A DNA stretch of 56,497 nucleotides, the filler included, from Stramenopiles sp. TOSAG23-3 (taxonomy: Eukaryota): NCBI GenBank assembly GCA_900128585.1. It is 13 parts of 13 records of this genome, joined end to end, with 100 filler letters (N's around TTAATTAATTAA, not from the genome) between each part and the next. Parts side by side here need not be neighbours in the genome. Positions count along the whole stretch, not along the records: positions 46,231 to 56,497 come from LT642831.1; 12 more parts are not named here. One strand, given 5' to 3'. The notes beneath the pieces are model-generated. The model searched no databases. It saw only the letters and a list, made by a program, of their open reading frames with translations, and was not told the DNA's origin. This document shows positions 53,777 to 56,497 of this stretch, piece by piece (the first letter of the stretch is position 1; each line of letters begins with the position of its first letter). A program made the position numbers and the translations under genes.

Positions 53777-56497
53777 ATGGCAACCTCGCTGTTTTTGGAT
53801 TGTGAGTGGTCTGTGGAAGCAGACCCAGCCGGGGGAAATGCAGCCAGCTGCATGTCGTTTTCGCGTAATAACAGGTTTGTTGCCATCGGATACACAGAAG
53901 AAAAGACGCGAAAATTAATAGTCAGAGGGAAGAAAGTACGCCATACCTCGTCGGACGTCGCCGCGAGCGTGTTTGACGTTTCAACGAAACGGTGGATGTG
54001 TGTGCGCAGTCTCCGCGCTCCCCAATGTGCGGACAAGGAAAGTATCGGTGGGATCGTTTGCCTCGCGTGGGCAAACAACGAGAGGCACCTATACGCGGGA
54101 ACAACGAATGGGTACCTTGTCGCATGGCGCGTGAAGACGTCAGAGGTTGTGCTTTGCAAGAAGGTACTTTCAGGACGTATCAAGAAAGTTGAGGTAGCAT
54201 ACCCCCGCTGCGCGGCGGGAACAACTCGTGTGCTAGTAGTTGGCAATGCCAATGTACATGCAAGCCTGCCGAATTCAAAGTATACCGAGGGGGTGCTCGT
54301 TCATTACTTTGAGGTCGATTTTTGCCAGGAACGCCAACGGGGATATCCCTTTACCGTTTGGCGTGAAATAGCAGGCTCGAAAGAAGACCACAATAGTGTG
54401 ATAAAATCTGCCTCTTTCGTAAACGTTCATCATGTAAATAGCCCAACCTCATTCGCTTGCAACTACATATGTTTGCTAAAAGTGAAAAGACATGCTGATT
54501 GGGAAAGTAGAAAAGGCGGAAAACGTAGCGCATTGATCAACCCGTTCCTTCAGGTTCTAAATTGCGACGACCAAGCCGAGTCCAGCGAGAGGGAAATATC
54601 GGCCCCTAAATCGATGAAGAATTTGTGGAACAAGGAAGTTTGGGTGGAGTGGCAGCCAGGGATGAAGTTGCTTTTTGTTCGTGCAGCCTTCGGCTCTTTC
54701 TTCGTTGACCTTCAAAGACCTGAATTGAAAAAAAATTTGTACAAAAATCATATGAACAACTTTAAATACGCATGTGGAACCGTAGTTGAAACCTGCGTGA
54801 ATGGCGGCAAACAAGATTTTGTCGTTGGAGTACACACCGACACTATCCCGAGCCAACTTTGCGTTTGGGGGAGGGGTAGTAAAGCAGACGTAGAGTTTTA
54901 CAACGGCCCCTCTCACGGCAATTTGGAGTCGGTTAGGTACCATGCCAAGAATGAAATGCTTGTGGCTCTCGCCGACACGGGGGAAGTGTTTGTGTTGAGA
55001 AAAAAGATAAATTTCAACCTTTGGGGCGGTAGCATGTACCCTGCGCGCTTCCAGGTAATCTCTAGAAATGTGGAATACACTGAAAGGGAAGACGCTTTTG
55101 ACAAGTCTGCAAATGGCCCAGGGAGAAAGGAGGGCGGGAGCGTACACGTGAATAGTACGATAGAGAATACTGGAAGAATCGATGTGGTGGTGCAAGAACA
55201 CAATAAGTTTTTTGAAGAGGCGGGGGATACTACGAATTTTTTCATGGTACGCCCACTGCAGGACCTCTGCGCGATGGAAGCGCCCATAGCAGAGATGGCA
55301 CAAGGGGACACGTCCGCAGATGCCCCATTGGGTCTGGACGGCTTTGGCCTGGTTGAAAGTAATCACGTGCCGCTCTCCACCGGCCTGTCGCCCCACGAGA
55401 AAGAGATCCGGTCGAAATATAGTCATCGACTATCGCAAGCTTCTGAAAATTTCGCAGCCGACCCTGACAATTCCACCCGTGCGCATTTTCACTTCTTGAA
55501 AAAGCAATCACAGGTAGACCGCTTCAAAGTGGTATGGGGTTCAATTGCAAACGATGTATTTCATGCCTTGCAGTCCTACGAATTCTTGGACGAAACGCAG
55601 CTGAACGACGCCGATGTCAAGCTGAAATCAATGTTGGAAGGGGGGGGGGTTGACGTACAAAAAACTATTGGAACGGGCTTCTGGAACAGGGGGGGGGGGG
55701 GGACGTACAAGAAGCTTCTGGAACACTTTGGCGGAGCGCCAATGGACGTTTTGAACAGGAGGGCAAAGAGGGTCGGGTTTTCCGTATCCATTACTTTCCC
55801 CGATGTGATAAATTATTTCAACCGCTCCACGTATGAAACCTACCGTTCACTTTACCGCAAAGCCAACGAGGAGAGTCTCCGAGAAAGACAGAAAGAGGGC
55901 TGGAAAGAGCTGACGGCCCAGAAAAGGAACAAGTATATGAATGGTTTCCTCGGGCAAAAAGTTAACATACGGAGGACACGGAATGAGAAACTACCGTCCA
56001 TGAGAGTATGGAACGCGGATGAAGATACCCTTCTACTTCAGCTCATTGCACAAAACGACTTGGCGACATGGCATTCTATATCTCGCTACTTTTCCAATGC
56101 CTCGCCAAACGACTGCCTAGTCCAAGGTATTTTCCTGGTTGGCCCCGTCATGGCGTTTGGATTTTACAGTAGACGGGGGTACATTGGTGCACATTTTCTG
56201 ACAAAACCATTTAAAGATTTAGTGTGGGCTGTAGCCCAACATGTTGGGGACGCATTATCGTGGTCCGACGTCGCGACAATATTCCCGGGGCTCGAGCAAA
56301 GAAGCTTATTTCGTGGTCTGAAGGTGCGCCACCGGAATCAGATTGGCAGTGAACCCAAACCTGGCCTTCCCAAACCTCGCCTGTCCAAACCTCGCAAAAA
56401 AAAACAGCAGTTGCTCGCGGCCGAAGGCCCAAAAGTGTGGACACAATCAGATCAAAACATTCTCGAATCGCTATGCAAACAGGAGAAAACTTCGTGG
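53777..56497 (+). CDS. RBBP5/Swd1-like WD40 protein with C-terminal HMG-like and Myb/SANT-like repeats, 3'-partial (not in the ORF track)
   Basis: Manual translation from ATG 53777 is open for 907 codons to the window end. WD40-like blades, then WGGSMYPARFQVISRNVEYTEREDAFD (RBBP5 hinge-like), then VWNADEDTLLLQLI..W..IS and VWTQSDQNILE..W. Confidence 0.8.
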   Translation, partial: MATSLFLDCEWSVEADPAGGNAASCMSFSRNNRFVAIGYTEEKTRKLIVRGKKVRHTSSDVAASVFDVSTKRWMCVRSLRAPQCADKESIGGIVCLAWANNERHLYAGTTNGYLVAWRVKTSEVVLCKKVLSGRIKKVEVAYPRCAAGTTRVLVVGNANVHASLPNSKYTEGVLVHYFEVDFCQERQRGYPFTVWREIAGSKEDHNSVIKSASFVNVHHVNSPTSFACNYICLLKVKRHADWESRKGGKRSALINPFLQVLNCDDQAESSEREISAPKSMKNLWNKEVWVEWQPGMKLLFVRAAFGSFFVDLQRPELKKNLYKNHMNNFKYACGTVVETCVNGGKQDFVVGVHTDTIPSQLCVWGRGSKADVEFYNGPSHGNLESVRYHAKNEMLVALADTGEVFVLRKKINFNLWGGSMYPARFQVISRNVEYTEREDAFDKSANGPGRKEGGSVHVNSTIENTGRIDVVVQEHNKFFEEAGDTTNFFMVRPLQDLCAMEAPIAEMAQGDTSADAPLGLDGFGLVESNHVPLSTGLSPHEKEIRSKYSHRLSQASENFAADPDNSTRAHFHFLKKQSQVDRFKVVWGSIANDVFHALQSYEFLDETQLNDADVKLKSMLEGGGVDVQKTIGTGFWNRGGGGTYKKLLEHFGGAPMDVLNRRAKRVGFSVSITFPDVINYFNRSTYETYRSLYRKANEESLRERQKEGWKELTAQKRNKYMNGFLGQKVNIRRTRNEKLPSMRVWNADEDTLLLQLIAQNDLATWHSISRYFSNASPNDCLVQGIFLVGPVMAFGFYSRRGYIGAHFLTKPFKDLVWAVAQHVGDALSWSDVATIFPGLEQRSLFRGLKVRHRNQIGSEPKPGLPKPRLSKPRKKKQQLLAAEGPKVWTQSDQNILESLCKQEKTSW

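Noticed and set aside
54557-55426. 289-aa minus-strand ORF
   Set aside because: Antisense shadow of the longer plus-strand WD40 gene, which carries the recognisable motifs.
16835-56497. COMPASS gene cluster (MLL-like plus RBBP5-like)
   Set aside because: They lie on different contigs joined artificially; no evidence of linkage.

Overview
Eukaryotic (protist) genomic DNA, not a contiguous locus. Thirteen unlinked contigs (nine of ~1.58 kb, four of ~10.3 kb) are joined by artificial 100-nt N44-TTAATTAATTAA-N44 spacers. Genes are compact and largely intronless, separated by very AT-rich, microsatellite-rich spacers. The gene content (3R-MYB, DCD domains, PDI-C, NIPA, trithorax-like KMT) fits a unicellular eukaryote, possibly a stramenopile (inference). 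Recognisable genes: METTL21-like methyltransferase, SDHC, kinesin, renalase-like oxidoreductase, 3R-MYB, LRR protein, a 2558-aa MLL-like H3K4 methyltransferase, SLC35F-like transporter, DDX51/Dbp6, POP4, dolichol kinase, PI-PLC-X, FYVE-ankyrin protein, NIPA, PDI-C and an RBBP5-like WD40 protein. Most notable: (1) an in-frame TGA at the invariant Trp of MYB repeat 2, followed by a perfect CARYYA read-through hexamer; (2) an apparently single ~1630-aa gene fusing two DCD domains, a LOTUS-like segment, a SUMO-like domain, a degenerate NYN/PIN domain and a PCIF1-type cap m6Am methyltransferase; (3) an LRR array whose DNA repeats are near-identical except at the predicted ligand-facing codons; (4) a dispersed 25-bp intergenic repeat family. 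All assignments come from reading motifs by eye; no database searches were run.
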